Below are positions 26,939 through 35,068 of a stretch of 48,954 nucleotides of DNA, piece after piece. Numbering within the stretch: the stretch's first letter is position 1; every line of letters starts with the position of its first letter. The notes below the pieces were generated by a model. It ran no database searches and had not been told where the DNA came from. It worked only from the letters and a program-made list of their open reading frames with translations. Made by a program: the position numbers and the translations under genes. Origin of the DNA: Spirochaetales bacterium (GTDB lineage Bacteria > Spirochaetota > Spirochaetia > JABEVK01); assembly GCA_037142615.1 (NCBI GenBank), contig JBAXAI010000028.1:1-48954 (forward strand), written 5' to 3'.

Positions 26939-27023
26939 TCAGGGGGGGCGACCCCCCTGAGGCTGTACGCGGTACAAAGTACCGGGTACAGCCCCACCCC
27001 CCGTACGGGGTTGCCACCCCGTA
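26939..27023. other. Three consecutive GC-rich hairpins in the kduI-kduD spacer
   Basis: TCAGGGGGG-GCGA-CCCCCCTGA (26939-26960); GGCTGTAC-G-CGGTAC-AAA-GTACCG-G-GTACAGCC (26961-26993); TACGGGGT-TGCC-ACCCCGTA (27004-27023). Confidence 0.75.
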
Positions 27024-27078
27024 ACGCCCCGCTCTCGCAACGCCGACATGATCTCATTATTTTTTTTCAGGAGCGTCT

Positions 27079-27843
27079 ATGAGCTTAAGCACGATGTTTT
27101 CACTGCAAGGCAAAGTCGCCATCGTCACCGGGAGTTCCCGGGGGCTGGGGCAGGCGATTTGCGTCGCCTACGCGCAGGCCGGAGCCAAGGTGCTCGGCGT
27201 CAGTTCCAGCCCGTCCGACGAGACCAAAGCCCAGGTGCAAGCCGCCGGTGGCGAGTTTGCGTGGGTGCAGGCCGACCTCACCAGCACCAAGACCATTCCC
27301 GGCATTGTCGCCGCCGCCCTTAAAGCGTTTGGGCGCATCGACATCCTGATGAACAACGCCGGTACCATCCGCCGCGCCGACATGGTCGATTTCACCGAAA
27401 AAGACTGGGACGACGTGATGGACGTTAACCTCAAGACGGTGTTCTTTTTGAGCCAGGCGGTGGCCAAACAGTTCCTCAAACAGGGCGGCGGGGGCAAAAT
27501 CATCCACATCGCCTCGATGCTGAGCTTTCAGGGTGGCATCCGCGTGGTGAGCTACACCGCCAGCAAAAGCGGCCTGGCGGGCATCACCAAGGCCATGGCC
27601 AACGAGTGGGCCAAGCACAACATCCAGGTCAACGCCATCGCCCCCGGCTACATGGCCACCGACAACACGGCCGCCCTCCGCGCCGACGCCGACCGCAACG
27701 CCTCCATTTTGGCGCGCATTCCGGCAGGACGTTGGGGAGAATCGGCCGACCTGATGGGGCCGGCCGTGTTCCTCGCCAGCGCCGCCAGCGACTATATGAC
27801 GGGGGCTATTGTACCAGTCGACGGCGGCTGGCTGGCCCGGTAG
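27079..27843 (+). CDS. kduD: 2-dehydro-3-deoxy-D-gluconate 5-dehydrogenase (SDR)
   Basis: 'TGSSRGLGQ', 'NNAGTIRR', 'ASMLSFQGGIRVVSYTASKSG', 'VDGGWLAR'. Confidence 0.96.
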   Translation: MSLSTMFSLQGKVAIVTGSSRGLGQAICVAYAQAGAKVLGVSSSPSDETKAQVQAAGGEFAWVQADLTSTKTIPGIVAAALKAFGRIDILMNNAGTIRRADMVDFTEKDWDDVMDVNLKTVFFLSQAVAKQFLKQGGGGKIIHIASMLSFQGGIRVVSYTASKSGLAGITKAMANEWAKHNIQVNAIAPGYMATDNTAALRADADRNASILARIPAGRWGESADLMGPAVFLASAASDYMTGAIVPVDGGWLAR

Positions 27844-28894
27844 TCTTCAGCGTTACCTGCCGTTTGGTGTCGGCTGAGCGGTGGAAGGCGTGCATCAGCT
27901 CGAGCACGTGGAGCGTCATCCCGACGCCGGCGCGGGCGGGTCGGCCTTCGCTGATGGCGGTGGCCATTTCACTGAGTCCCAGTCCGCGTGAGTTCTCAGC
28001 GTACCCGAATAGCAGGGGAATCTCGCTCCACTCGCTTTGGCCGGCCTTGCGGTAGCGCACCGGTCCGCCAAAGGCGTTCGGGTCGGGCACCTGCAGCGTG
28101 CCGCCCGTGCCCCAGATCTCGAGCGGCACGTGGGAACTGCCACCGGCCACGTCGAAGCTGGTTACCACGGTGGCTGTCGCGCCCGAGGCAAAACGCACCA
28201 GACCAGCGATGTGCGTGGGCACCTCGACGTCCATCACGGTGCCCTTTTTGGGGGCGCTGCTGATGGTCCGCTGGCCGCGCGCCTTCGACGTCATTCCCGC
28301 CACCGAGACGGCGGGCCCCAGCAGGGCCACCAGCGCGGTCAGGTAGTAAGGACCCATGTCGAACATCGGGCCACCGCCCACCTGGTAGTAAAACGCGGGG
28401 TCGGGGTGCCAGTGTTCGTGGCCGCCGCACACCATGAAGGCGGTGGCGCCGATGGGAGTGCCGATCCAGCCGTCCTCGATGAGTTTGACGCAGGTCTGGA
28501 TGCCCCCGCCGAGGAAGGTGTCGGGCGCTCCTCCCAGGTACAGCCCCTTGGCCTTTGCCAGCGCGGCCAGCTCTTCGCCCTCCTCCAGCTTCACCGCCAG
28601 GGGTTTTTCCACATACACATGCTTGCCCGCCTCGAGGGCGGCTTTGCACACCGAGTAGTGCGCGAGCGGCACCGTTAGGTTGAGCACCACGTCGATGCTC
28701 TTGTCGGCCAGCAACTCCTTGACGCTGCAGACTTTGGCCACGCCGAACTCGGTGGCCCTGGCCTGCGCGCGCGCCAGGTCGAGGTCGGCCACCGCGCGGA
28801 TTTCGAGGTTGTCGAACAGCGTGGTGCCGTTCTTCAGGTAGATGGAGCTGATGTTGCCGCACCCGATGATGCCGACCCCCAGCTTTTTGGTCAC
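27806..28894 (-). CDS. Gfo/Idh/MocA-family oxidoreductase
   Basis: 'GIIGCGNIS', 'HVYVEKP', 'GAPDTFLG', 'GGPMFDMGPYY'. GTG 28894 overlaps the thuA-like stop. Confidence 0.9.
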   Translation of the reverse strand: MTKKLGVGIIGCGNISSIYLKNGTTLFDNLEIRAVADLDLARAQARATEFGVAKVCSVKELLADKSIDVVLNLTVPLAHYSVCKAALEAGKHVYVEKPLAVKLEEGEELAALAKAKGLYLGGAPDTFLGGGIQTCVKLIEDGWIGTPIGATAFMVCGGHEHWHPDPAFYYQVGGGPMFDMGPYYLTALVALLGPAVSVAGMTSKARGQRTISSAPKKGTVMDVEVPTHIAGLVRFASGATATVVTSFDVAGGSSHVPLEIWGTGGTLQVPDPNAFGGPVRYRKAGQSEWSEIPLLFGYAENSRGLGLSEMATAISEGRPARAGVGMTLHVLELMHAFHRSADTKRQVTLKTTGPASRRRLVQ

Positions 28895-29544
28895 TTGGCT
28901 GCCCATACGAGCCCCCTTTCCAGAATAGTTCGGGCCGGTTCGGCCTCGAGAACGTCGCAGTGGTGGCCCAGGCTGGTGTAAAACACGCGTCCCTTGCCCC
29001 AGTATTTGGTCCAGACCACGGGCATGGAAACCCGGCCGTTGGCGGCGTGAGGGCCGTCGGCCACCGGGAACTCCGTGGTGGCCAGCACCTTCACCGCCGG
29101 GTCGACATGCAGGTAGTACTGCTCCGACTTGACCTCAAAGGCCTCGATGCCCTCGACGATGGGGTGCGAGTTTCGCACCGGGATCACGGTGTACTCGGTG
29201 CCGTCGTTGCCCGGGTGAGCCACCCATTGGCCCCCGGTGAGGAACTGCCAGTCCACGCTTTCGCGGAAGGAGTCGCACATGCCACCGTGGCAGCCGGCGA
29301 TTCCCGTTCCAGCGGCGACGGCAGTCAGCACAGCCGCGCACTGCTCCTTGGTGATGGTGCTCATCGTCACCACGGGTACAAAAAGGTCGAGGTTGGTCAT
29401 CAAAGCGGGATCAAGCAGGCTGTCGAGGGTGGTGCTCACGGTGACCTGAAAGTCGTTCTTGGCAAGCAGCGTGCGGCAGAGTTCGGCGACCAGGGCGGGC
29501 TCGTGGCCGTCCCAGCCACCGTGGATAATCAGGGCGTTCTTCAT
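28891..29544 (-). CDS. ThuA-domain (GATase1-like) protein
   Basis: 'GGWDGHEP', 'GCHGG', 'EQYYLHVDP', 'WGKGRVFYTSLGH'. Confidence 0.88.
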   Translation of the reverse strand: MKNALIIHGGWDGHEPALVAELCRTLLAKNDFQVTVSTTLDSLLDPALMTNLDLFVPVVTMSTITKEQCAAVLTAVAAGTGIAGCHGGMCDSFRESVDWQFLTGGQWVAHPGNDGTEYTVIPVRNSHPIVEGIEAFEVKSEQYYLHVDPAVKVLATTEFPVADGPHAANGRVSMPVVWTKYWGKGRVFYTSLGHHCDVLEAEPARTILERGLVWAAK

Positions 29545-29609
29545 ACCGTCATTTTAGGGGGATTCCGGCAGTTTGCGCGCGCCGATTTTTGCCGGGATAG
29601 GGACACTTC

Positions 29610-29638
29610 TTGTCATCATCGGTGTGTTTTGGTAACTT
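29610..29638 (+). promoter_or_regulatory. sigma70 promoter predicted to give a leaderless AraC transcript
   Basis: TTGTCA (29610-29615), 17 nt, TAACTT (29633-29638) with a TG extension, then 6 nt to ATG 29645; no SD. Confidence 0.6.
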
Positions 29639-29644
29639 GAGCCC

Positions 29645-30445
29645 ATGCTGCCCTTTGCCGAGCATCGCTCGTATTCGCCCGGTCTTCCCGTCTACGCCGC
29701 CACCGGGCGGGGGTTCGATTTTTTGGCGCATTGGCACCCCGACGTCGAGCTGTGCCTGGTCACCGAAGGCCTCATGACCGTCGGGGTGGACGGCCAACGC
29801 GTCGATCTCGGGCCCGGCGACCTGGCTCTGGTGGCGTCCAACGGCATCCACCATTACCAGAAGACCGCGCGGGGCTCGGCGCACATCATGGTGATTTTTC
29901 GCCCCGAAGTGGCCGGGTACCCGGGCATCTGGCCTCATCAGCGCCGGGTCGTCCAACCGTTCTGGCGGGCCACGGAAACCGGTGTCGTGCCCGAGCTACT
30001 GAGGCAGATTCTCGAGGAATACCGCCGCGACGACGAGTTCCGCGCCACCGTGGTGCGCGGGCTGGTCACCCAGCTCTGCGGCCTCCTCGACCGCGGCTTC
30101 ACGGTCGAGGAGGCACAGACACTGGCTGAGCCCGTAACGCTGCGTCACCGCATGGCCGAGGCTATCACTTTTGTCCGGTCGCGGTTCTCGACCGACCTGA
30201 CTTTGGACGAGGTGGCTGCCCACGTCAACCAAAGTCCGTGGTACTTTTCGCGGTGCTTTCAGCGCAGCTGCGGAACGGGGTTCAAAGCCTACCTGAACGC
30301 CCTGCGCGTCGAAGAGGCCAGCCGACTATTGGTCACCACCGACAGGACGATTCTTGACATCGCGCTGGCCTGCGGTTTTTCCGGGTCGCGGAGTTTTCAC
30401 CGCACGTTCCGGCGCGTGACGGGGCGGGCACCGCGCGCTGGTTGA
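29645..30445 (+). CDS. AraC-family transcriptional regulator
   Basis: Cupin 'AHWHPDVE'; C-terminal 'LRVEEASRLL..TDRTILDIALACGFSGSRSFHRTFRR'. Confidence 0.93.
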   Translation: MLPFAEHRSYSPGLPVYAATGRGFDFLAHWHPDVELCLVTEGLMTVGVDGQRVDLGPGDLALVASNGIHHYQKTARGSAHIMVIFRPEVAGYPGIWPHQRRVVQPFWRATETGVVPELLRQILEEYRRDDEFRATVVRGLVTQLCGLLDRGFTVEEAQTLAEPVTLRHRMAEAITFVRSRFSTDLTLDEVAAHVNQSPWYFSRCFQRSCGTGFKAYLNALRVEEASRLLVTTDRTILDIALACGFSGSRSFHRTFRRVTGRAPRAG

Positions 30446-30482
30446 CATTGGCCTGTCTATACGGTATTCTCTATGTATATAC
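30442..30482 (+). promoter_or_regulatory. vapBC promoter with candidate operators
   Basis: TTGACA (30442-30447, includes the AraC stop), 17 nt, TATTCT (30465-30470); GTCTATAC (30455) and GTATATAC (30475) flank the -10. Confidence 0.7.
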
Positions 30483-30492
30483 GGAGGCGGTC

Positions 30493-30738
30493 ATGCTCAG
30501 CATTCGCAACGCCGAGGTGGAGTCCCTTGCCCGCGAGCTGGCAGCGCGTTGCGGCGTCGGGATCACCGAGGTCATTTTGCAGGCGCTCAGGGAGCGCAAA
30601 GACGTGCTCAACGACACGCAGGCCAAAAAGAAGGCGCAGCTCGACGCCATCGTCGAACGGTGCCGACAGCTCCCAGTCCTTGACCACCGCACGCCCGATG
30701 AGATCATGGGGTACAACGAGATTGGAGCCTTCGATTGA
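30493..30738 (+). CDS. vapB: Type II antitoxin VapB (Rv0623-like RHH)
   Basis: 'MLSIRNAEVESLARELAAR.GVGITEVILQALRER...DEIMGYNEIG'; SD GGAGG; overlaps vapC. Confidence 0.88.
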   Translation: MLSIRNAEVESLARELAARCGVGITEVILQALRERKDVLNDTQAKKKAQLDAIVERCRQLPVLDHRTPDEIMGYNEIGAFD

Positions 30739-31124
30739 TCGTCGACACTTCGGCGCTGTGCGCCATCGTCTTCGCTGAACCGGAAGCCCAGGCATTTATG
30801 GATCTGCTCAGATCTACCGACCGTAAGTTGATGAGTGCGATGAACGCCTTCGAGGCGGGCATGCTCATCGAGTCGCGAAAGGGGACCGACGGTACAATCG
30901 TCCTCGAGGATATCATTCAGTCGACCGACATCGACATTGTCGCCTTCGACGCCACGCTGGCCGAGGTTGCCCTCGACGCGTGGCGGCAGTTTGGCAAAGG
31001 TCACCACCCGGCGGGGCTCAACTTTGTCGATTGCGCGGCCTACGCCCTGGCCCGGGTGACCAACCAGCCCCTCCTGTACAAGGGCGACGACTTTTCGCTC
31101 ACCGATATTGTGCGGGCTGTTTGA
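30735..31124 (+). CDS. vapC: Type II toxin VapC (PIN domain)
   Basis: 'IVDTSALCAI', 'FGKGHHPAGLNFVDCAAYALA', 'LLYKGDDFSLTD'. Confidence 0.93.
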   Translation: MIVDTSALCAIVFAEPEAQAFMDLLRSTDRKLMSAMNAFEAGMLIESRKGTDGTIVLEDIIQSTDIDIVAFDATLAEVALDAWRQFGKGHHPAGLNFVDCAAYALARVTNQPLLYKGDDFSLTDIVRAV

Positions 31125-31149
31125 CAGTTGTTTAAACAAGGTGTAAACT
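31121..31149 (+). promoter_or_regulatory. mazEF promoter with operator palindrome
   Basis: TTGACA (31121-31126, includes the vapC stop), 17 nt, TAAACT (31144-31149); palindrome TTGTTTAAACAA (31128-31139). Confidence 0.7.
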
Positions 31150-31158
31150 TCAGCCATC

Positions 31159-31392
31159 ATGCAAGCGACCATTCAGAAATGGGGCAACAGCCTCGGCGTC
31201 CGGATCCCCAGTCTCATCGCCAAGGAACTCGAGCTGAAAAGCGGGTCCTCGGTCGAGATACGCGAGGAAGACCATCGGATTATCATTCAGGCTTCCCCCA
31301 AAAAGACGTTGCGGGAGATCCTTGAGCTCGTTACCGAGGAAAACATCCACTCCGAGCAGTTTGGTCTGTCCGCAGGGAAGGAACTTCTGTGA
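31159..31392 (+). CDS. mazE: AbrB/MazE-family antitoxin
   Basis: 'IQKWGNSLGVRIP', 'TLREILELVTEENIHSE...GKE'. Confidence 0.93.
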   Translation: MQATIQKWGNSLGVRIPSLIAKELELKSGSSVEIREEDHRIIIQASPKKTLREILELVTEENIHSEQFGLSAGKELL

Positions 31393-31724
31393 GTTCTTAT
31401 GTGCCCGACCGCGGCGACGTTGTTTGGCTGGATTTCGACCCGCAACTCGGTCACGAGCAAGCAGGAAAGCGACCGGCGTTGGTCTTTTCGCCGATTGACT
31501 ACAACAGGAAGATTGGCCTCGCTTTGTTCTTCCCCATCACTTCGCAGGTGAAGGGCTATCCTTTTGAGGTGCGTGTTCAACTCGGCAAGATTGACGGGGT
31601 GATTCTGGCCGATCAGGTCAAGAGTCTCGACTGGAGGGCCAGGAAGGTGAGGCTGATCGAGAAAGCGTCCGAAGAAGCCCTTGCTGAAGTTCGGGAGAAA
31701 CTGGAGTGGCTTCTTGAGAAATAG
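31389..31724 (+). CDS. mazF: MazF/PemK endoribonuclease toxin
   Basis: 'YVPDRGDVVWLDFDPQLGHEQAGKRPALV', 'PITSQVKGYPFEV', 'DQVKSLDWRAR'. Confidence 0.95.
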   Translation: MSSYVPDRGDVVWLDFDPQLGHEQAGKRPALVFSPIDYNRKIGLALFFPITSQVKGYPFEVRVQLGKIDGVILADQVKSLDWRARKVRLIEKASEEALAEVREKLEWLLEK

Positions 31725-31729
31725 GGCGG

Positions 31730-33682
31730 CTAGATCCTGACCTCGAGCTCCCTACCAGCCCCCGCTACCAGTGCAACGTCCACCGAGCGGCTTTCACCGG
31801 CGGCTAGGTGCACCTTGGCGAAGCCCACCAACCGCCGCAACGGCGCCTCTGGATCGTTCGCCGCGCCCGTTTCGTACACTTGGATCACCGTCGCTCCGTC
31901 GCGTTTGCCGGTATTGGTCACCTGGGCGGTGAGCACCTCGCCATGGCGCTGGTTTGCCAGAGCGCGGAAGGTCGTGTAGCTCAATCCATGGCCGAACGGG
32001 TACAAGGGACTGCCCCGGAAGTACCGGTAGGTTCGGCCTTCCATTGCGTAGTCCTCAAACGGCGGCAGGTCGGCAATGGAACGGTAAAACGTCACCGGCA
32101 GGCGGGCGCTGGGCGAGACTTTGCCAAACAGCACGTCGGCGAGCGCGTTGCCCCCTTCGGCACCGGGGTAGAAGCACTGCACCACGGCGTTCGCCTTCTG
32201 GTCGGCGGCGGTCAGGTTGACGCAGCTGCCACTCACGTTGACCACCACCAGCGGCTTGCCGGTGGCGCGCACGGCCTCGAACAGCTCGCGCTGCACCTGC
32301 GGCCATTCAAGGTCACCCTTGTCACCGCCCAGCTGGCCGTTGTAAGCATCGCCTTCCTCGCCCTCCATGGTGGGGTTGAGGCCCAGGCACAGGACTACCA
32401 CGTCGGCTCTCCGGGCGGCAAGGACGGCCTCTCGCTGGGGCTGTTCGGCCCAAGAGCCCGGGGCGGCTTCGAACGGGTGGCAGCCGCGCGCGTACTCCAC
32501 CTTGGCGGTGGTGGCGTCCTGGAGGCCTCGCAACAGCGTAGTGTACCGGCTGGGGGTGCCGTTGTAGTTGCCCAGCAGCACCAGCTTGTCGTCGGCGTTG
32601 GGGCCGATCACGGCGATGGTCTGCGTCGGTTTTAGGGGCAAGATCCCGTCGTTTTTCAGCAGGACGAGGCTTTCGGCAGCCATCTGCCGGTTCAGGGCGG
32701 TGTGTGCTTCCGACTCGACCACCTCGTAGCCAACACCGTTGTAGACGCAGTTGTCGTCGAACATGCCCAGGCGGAACCGGGCCGTAAACAGGCTTTCGAC
32801 GGCCTCGGTGAGGGTGGCTTCGGTGACCAGTCCTTGCTCGACCGCCTGTAACAGCCAGAGGAAGGACTCGCCGCAGTTGAGCTGGCAGCCGTTGTTCACC
32901 GCCAGCGCGGCGCTCTCGGCCTCCGATTTAGTCAGGTGGTGGTGGTTGTGGATGTCCGAAAGGGCACCGCAATCCGACACGACATAGCCGTCGAAACCAA
33001 ACTCGCCGTACAGTTTCTGCTTCAGGTAGGTGGGGCTGGCACACGCCGCCTCGCCGTTGATGCGGTTGTACGAGCCCATCACCGCCGACGGGTCGGCCCG
33101 GTCGATGACGTACTGGAACGCCCAAAGGTAGGTGTCGCGCAGATCGCGTTCCGAAACCTCGGCGTTGAAGCCGTGGCGACCGTTCTCGGGTCCACTATGT
33201 GCTGCGTAGTGCTTAAGGGTGGCGTCGACTTTGCGGTGCACGGGGTCGTCGCCCTGCAGACCTCGCACAAACGCCACGCCCATTTCGCCGGTCAGGAAGG
33301 GGTCCTCGCCATAGGTTTCGTGGCCACGGCCCCAGCGCGGGTCGCGGAAGATGTTGATGTTGGGCGACCACATGGTGAGGCCCTGGTAGATGAGCGTGTC
33401 GCCCAAACTCTTGTACTGGTTGTACTTGGCGCGAGCCTCATCGGAAATCGCGGTGGCCACGCGGTGCATCAGCGGCGTGTCGAAACTGGCGGCCAGGGCG
33501 ATGGCCTGCGGAAAAACCGTCGCGGCACCGGCCCGTGCCACCCCGTGCAGGCACTCGTTCCACCAGTTGTAGGCGGGCACCCCAAGCCGCTCGATGGCGG
33601 GAGCGTTGTAGCGCATCTGCGCAGCCTTTTCGGGCAGGGTTATCTGGGCAACGAGGGCTTTAGCGCGTTCGTGGTGGGTCAT
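31730..33682 (-). CDS. Glycoside hydrolase family 3 (beta-xylosidase/beta-glucosidase-like)
   Basis: 'WWNECLHGVAR', 'WSPNINIFRDPRWGRGHETYGEDP', 'KHYAAH', 'YVVSDCGA', 'YPFGHGLSYT'; SD GGAG before ATG 33682; no signal peptide. Confidence 0.93.
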   Translation of the reverse strand: MTHHERAKALVAQITLPEKAAQMRYNAPAIERLGVPAYNWWNECLHGVARAGAATVFPQAIALAASFDTPLMHRVATAISDEARAKYNQYKSLGDTLIYQGLTMWSPNINIFRDPRWGRGHETYGEDPFLTGEMGVAFVRGLQGDDPVHRKVDATLKHYAAHSGPENGRHGFNAEVSERDLRDTYLWAFQYVIDRADPSAVMGSYNRINGEAACASPTYLKQKLYGEFGFDGYVVSDCGALSDIHNHHHLTKSEAESAALAVNNGCQLNCGESFLWLLQAVEQGLVTEATLTEAVESLFTARFRLGMFDDNCVYNGVGYEVVESEAHTALNRQMAAESLVLLKNDGILPLKPTQTIAVIGPNADDKLVLLGNYNGTPSRYTTLLRGLQDATTAKVEYARGCHPFEAAPGSWAEQPQREAVLAARRADVVVLCLGLNPTMEGEEGDAYNGQLGGDKGDLEWPQVQRELFEAVRATGKPLVVVNVSGSCVNLTAADQKANAVVQCFYPGAEGGNALADVLFGKVSPSARLPVTFYRSIADLPPFEDYAMEGRTYRYFRGSPLYPFGHGLSYTTFRALANQRHGEVLTAQVTNTGKRDGATVIQVYETGAANDPEAPLRRLVGFAKVHLAAGESRSVDVALVAGAGRELEVRI

Positions 33683-33698
33683 GGTAACTCCAATAACA

Positions 33699-34112
33699 TC
33701 AAAACCCGGCCGTTGACCAGTCCTCGACCACCAGACCGGGGATGCCCGCAAAATCGGTCGCGTTGCAGGTCGCCAGGATGAGCCCGTGCCGGAGGGCCGT
33801 GCTGGCGATCATGAGGTCGAATTGCGGCTTCGTAAAGCCCGCTGCGCTGAACCCGGCTTGCAGGCGGGCATAAACGGCCGCGCACTCATTGTCGAACGCC
33901 AACACAGGCAAACGTCCCTTGAGAAGCTTCTCCCAAAAAGCGAACAATGGCGGCGAGTTTTTCAGGTGGAGTCCGTAGAGGACTTCGAGCTCGACCATGG
34001 CACTGATGGCGTAGTCGGACTCTGGTCTCATTCGCCAGCGCGAAACCACCGAGTCCAGAGGCCTCTTCTTGAGCGGCTGGGAGTACACCGACGTGTCGAG
34101 CAGCACCTTCAC
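33699..34112 (-). CDS. vapC: Type II toxin VapC (PIN domain)
   Basis: 'VLLDTSV', 'ELEVLYG', 'DLMIASTALRHGLILATCNATDF..IPGL.VEDW'. GTG 34112 overlaps the antitoxin stop. Confidence 0.92.
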   Translation of the reverse strand: MKVLLDTSVYSQPLKKRPLDSVVSRWRMRPESDYAISAMVELEVLYGLHLKNSPPLFAFWEKLLKGRLPVLAFDNECAAVYARLQAGFSAAGFTKPQFDLMIASTALRHGLILATCNATDFAGIPGLVVEDWSTAGF

Positions 34113-34363
34113 GGCAACTCGTCCAACGGATTCCACCGGACCTCAGTCGAACGCGCGGGAGCCTCAAAGTCGATTGACCCGTAGGGCAGACCCGACCGTT
34201 CGCGGAGTTCCCAAACGTCGGGCGGTGTTTCCTCGCGGTACGGGATGATGCGGACCATCGGCTTGCCCCGGACTGTCAGGACGACGCTTTCACCCGAGGA
34301 CGCAATCCGCTTCACCAGCTCGGAGATTTGGGCCTTGGCCTCAAAGAGGGTGATGGTACTCAT
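34109..34363 (-). CDS. Phd/YefM-family antitoxin
   Basis: 'ITLFEAKAQISELVKRI..GESVVLTVRGKPMVRIIP'. Confidence 0.9.
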   Translation of the reverse strand: MSTITLFEAKAQISELVKRIASSGESVVLTVRGKPMVRIIPYREETPPDVWELRERSGLPYGSIDFEAPARSTEVRWNPLDELP

Positions 34364-34364
34364 G

Positions 34365-34399
34365 TCAACAGGTTAACTAGTTAACCTGTTGAGTGTCAA
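34365..34399 (-). promoter_or_regulatory. phd-vapC promoter embedded in a perfect 28-bp palindrome
   Basis: TCAACAGGTTAACTAGTTAACCTGTTGA (34365-34392). Minus strand reads TTGACA, 18 nt, TAACCT, 6 nt, ATG. Confidence 0.8.
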
Positions 34400-34408
34400 G
34401 GTCAAAGG

Positions 34409-35068
34409 TCAGGCAAACACCCCCGGCAGTTCCGCCCATTCGGCGTCGGGGTCGGCCGAAATCCGGCGGATCTTCTGTTCGAACGCCTGCCACGCCGCTT
34501 CATCGGTGAACTCGTAGCTGTGCCCCCAGAACCAGAACACGCCGTTGGGCTGGCGCTTGGCGGCTTCGTAGCTGTCCCAGAAATCGGGCATGTTGACGTG
34601 GCCGCTGGTGGGTGTGGCGAGGGGATTCGCGCCGGGCAAGACCTCCGCCTGCTCGCAGGTGCGACCGTACACGTGCCCCGCTTCGCCCACGACCGCTGCG
34701 GTGGCGTCGTTGAAGTCGCCAAACGGGTAGGCGAACCCCGCTACGGGCTGGCCAAACTTGTCCTGCAGACGGTGGCGCGCATCGACCACCTCGGCACGCC
34801 ACGTGGCCAGCGGAATCCGGGTGGGCCACGGGTGGGTGCACGTATGGTTGGCGATGGTGAATCCTTCGTACACGGCGGTCAGCTCGGCCCACGGCAAACG
34901 GCGCACGGGGTGCACGTTCTGGTACAGCCAAGCGCTGTCCTCGGGCCGCTGATGCAGGTCGGGGTTCAGGTTGAAGGAGGCTTTGGCACCGTGTTGGCGC
35001 AGCAGATCGGTCAGCCGCCGGTCACTTTCCACGCCATCGTCCCAGCATTGAACCACGCGGAGTTTCAT
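34409..35068 (-). CDS. Polysaccharide deacetylase family (CE4/NodB-like)
   Basis: 'WDDG', 'ASFNLN', 'IANHTCTHP', 'FAYPFG', 'WGHSYEF'. Confidence 0.88.
   Translation of the reverse strand: MKLRVVQCWDDGVESDRRLTDLLRQHGAKASFNLNPDLHQRPEDSAWLYQNVHPVRRLPWAELTAVYEGFTIANHTCTHPWPTRIPLATWRAEVVDARHRLQDKFGQPVAGFAYPFGDFNDATAAVVGEAGHVYGRTCEQAEVLPGANPLATPTSGHVNMPDFWDSYEAAKRQPNGVFWFWGHSYEFTDEAAWQAFEQKIRRISADPDAEWAELPGVFA

Noticed and set aside
26938-27078. Possible tRNA, CRISPR repeat or intrinsic terminator
   Set aside because: No cloverleaf or T-loop, no repeat-spacer periodicity, and the T-run is about 35 nt from the last stem. Kept only as an unexplained structured element.
30440-34400. Integron cassette array or prophage/IS remnant around the TA genes
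   Set aside because: No integrase, transposase, terminal repeats or convincing attC (RYYYAAC...GTTRRRY) found by eye.
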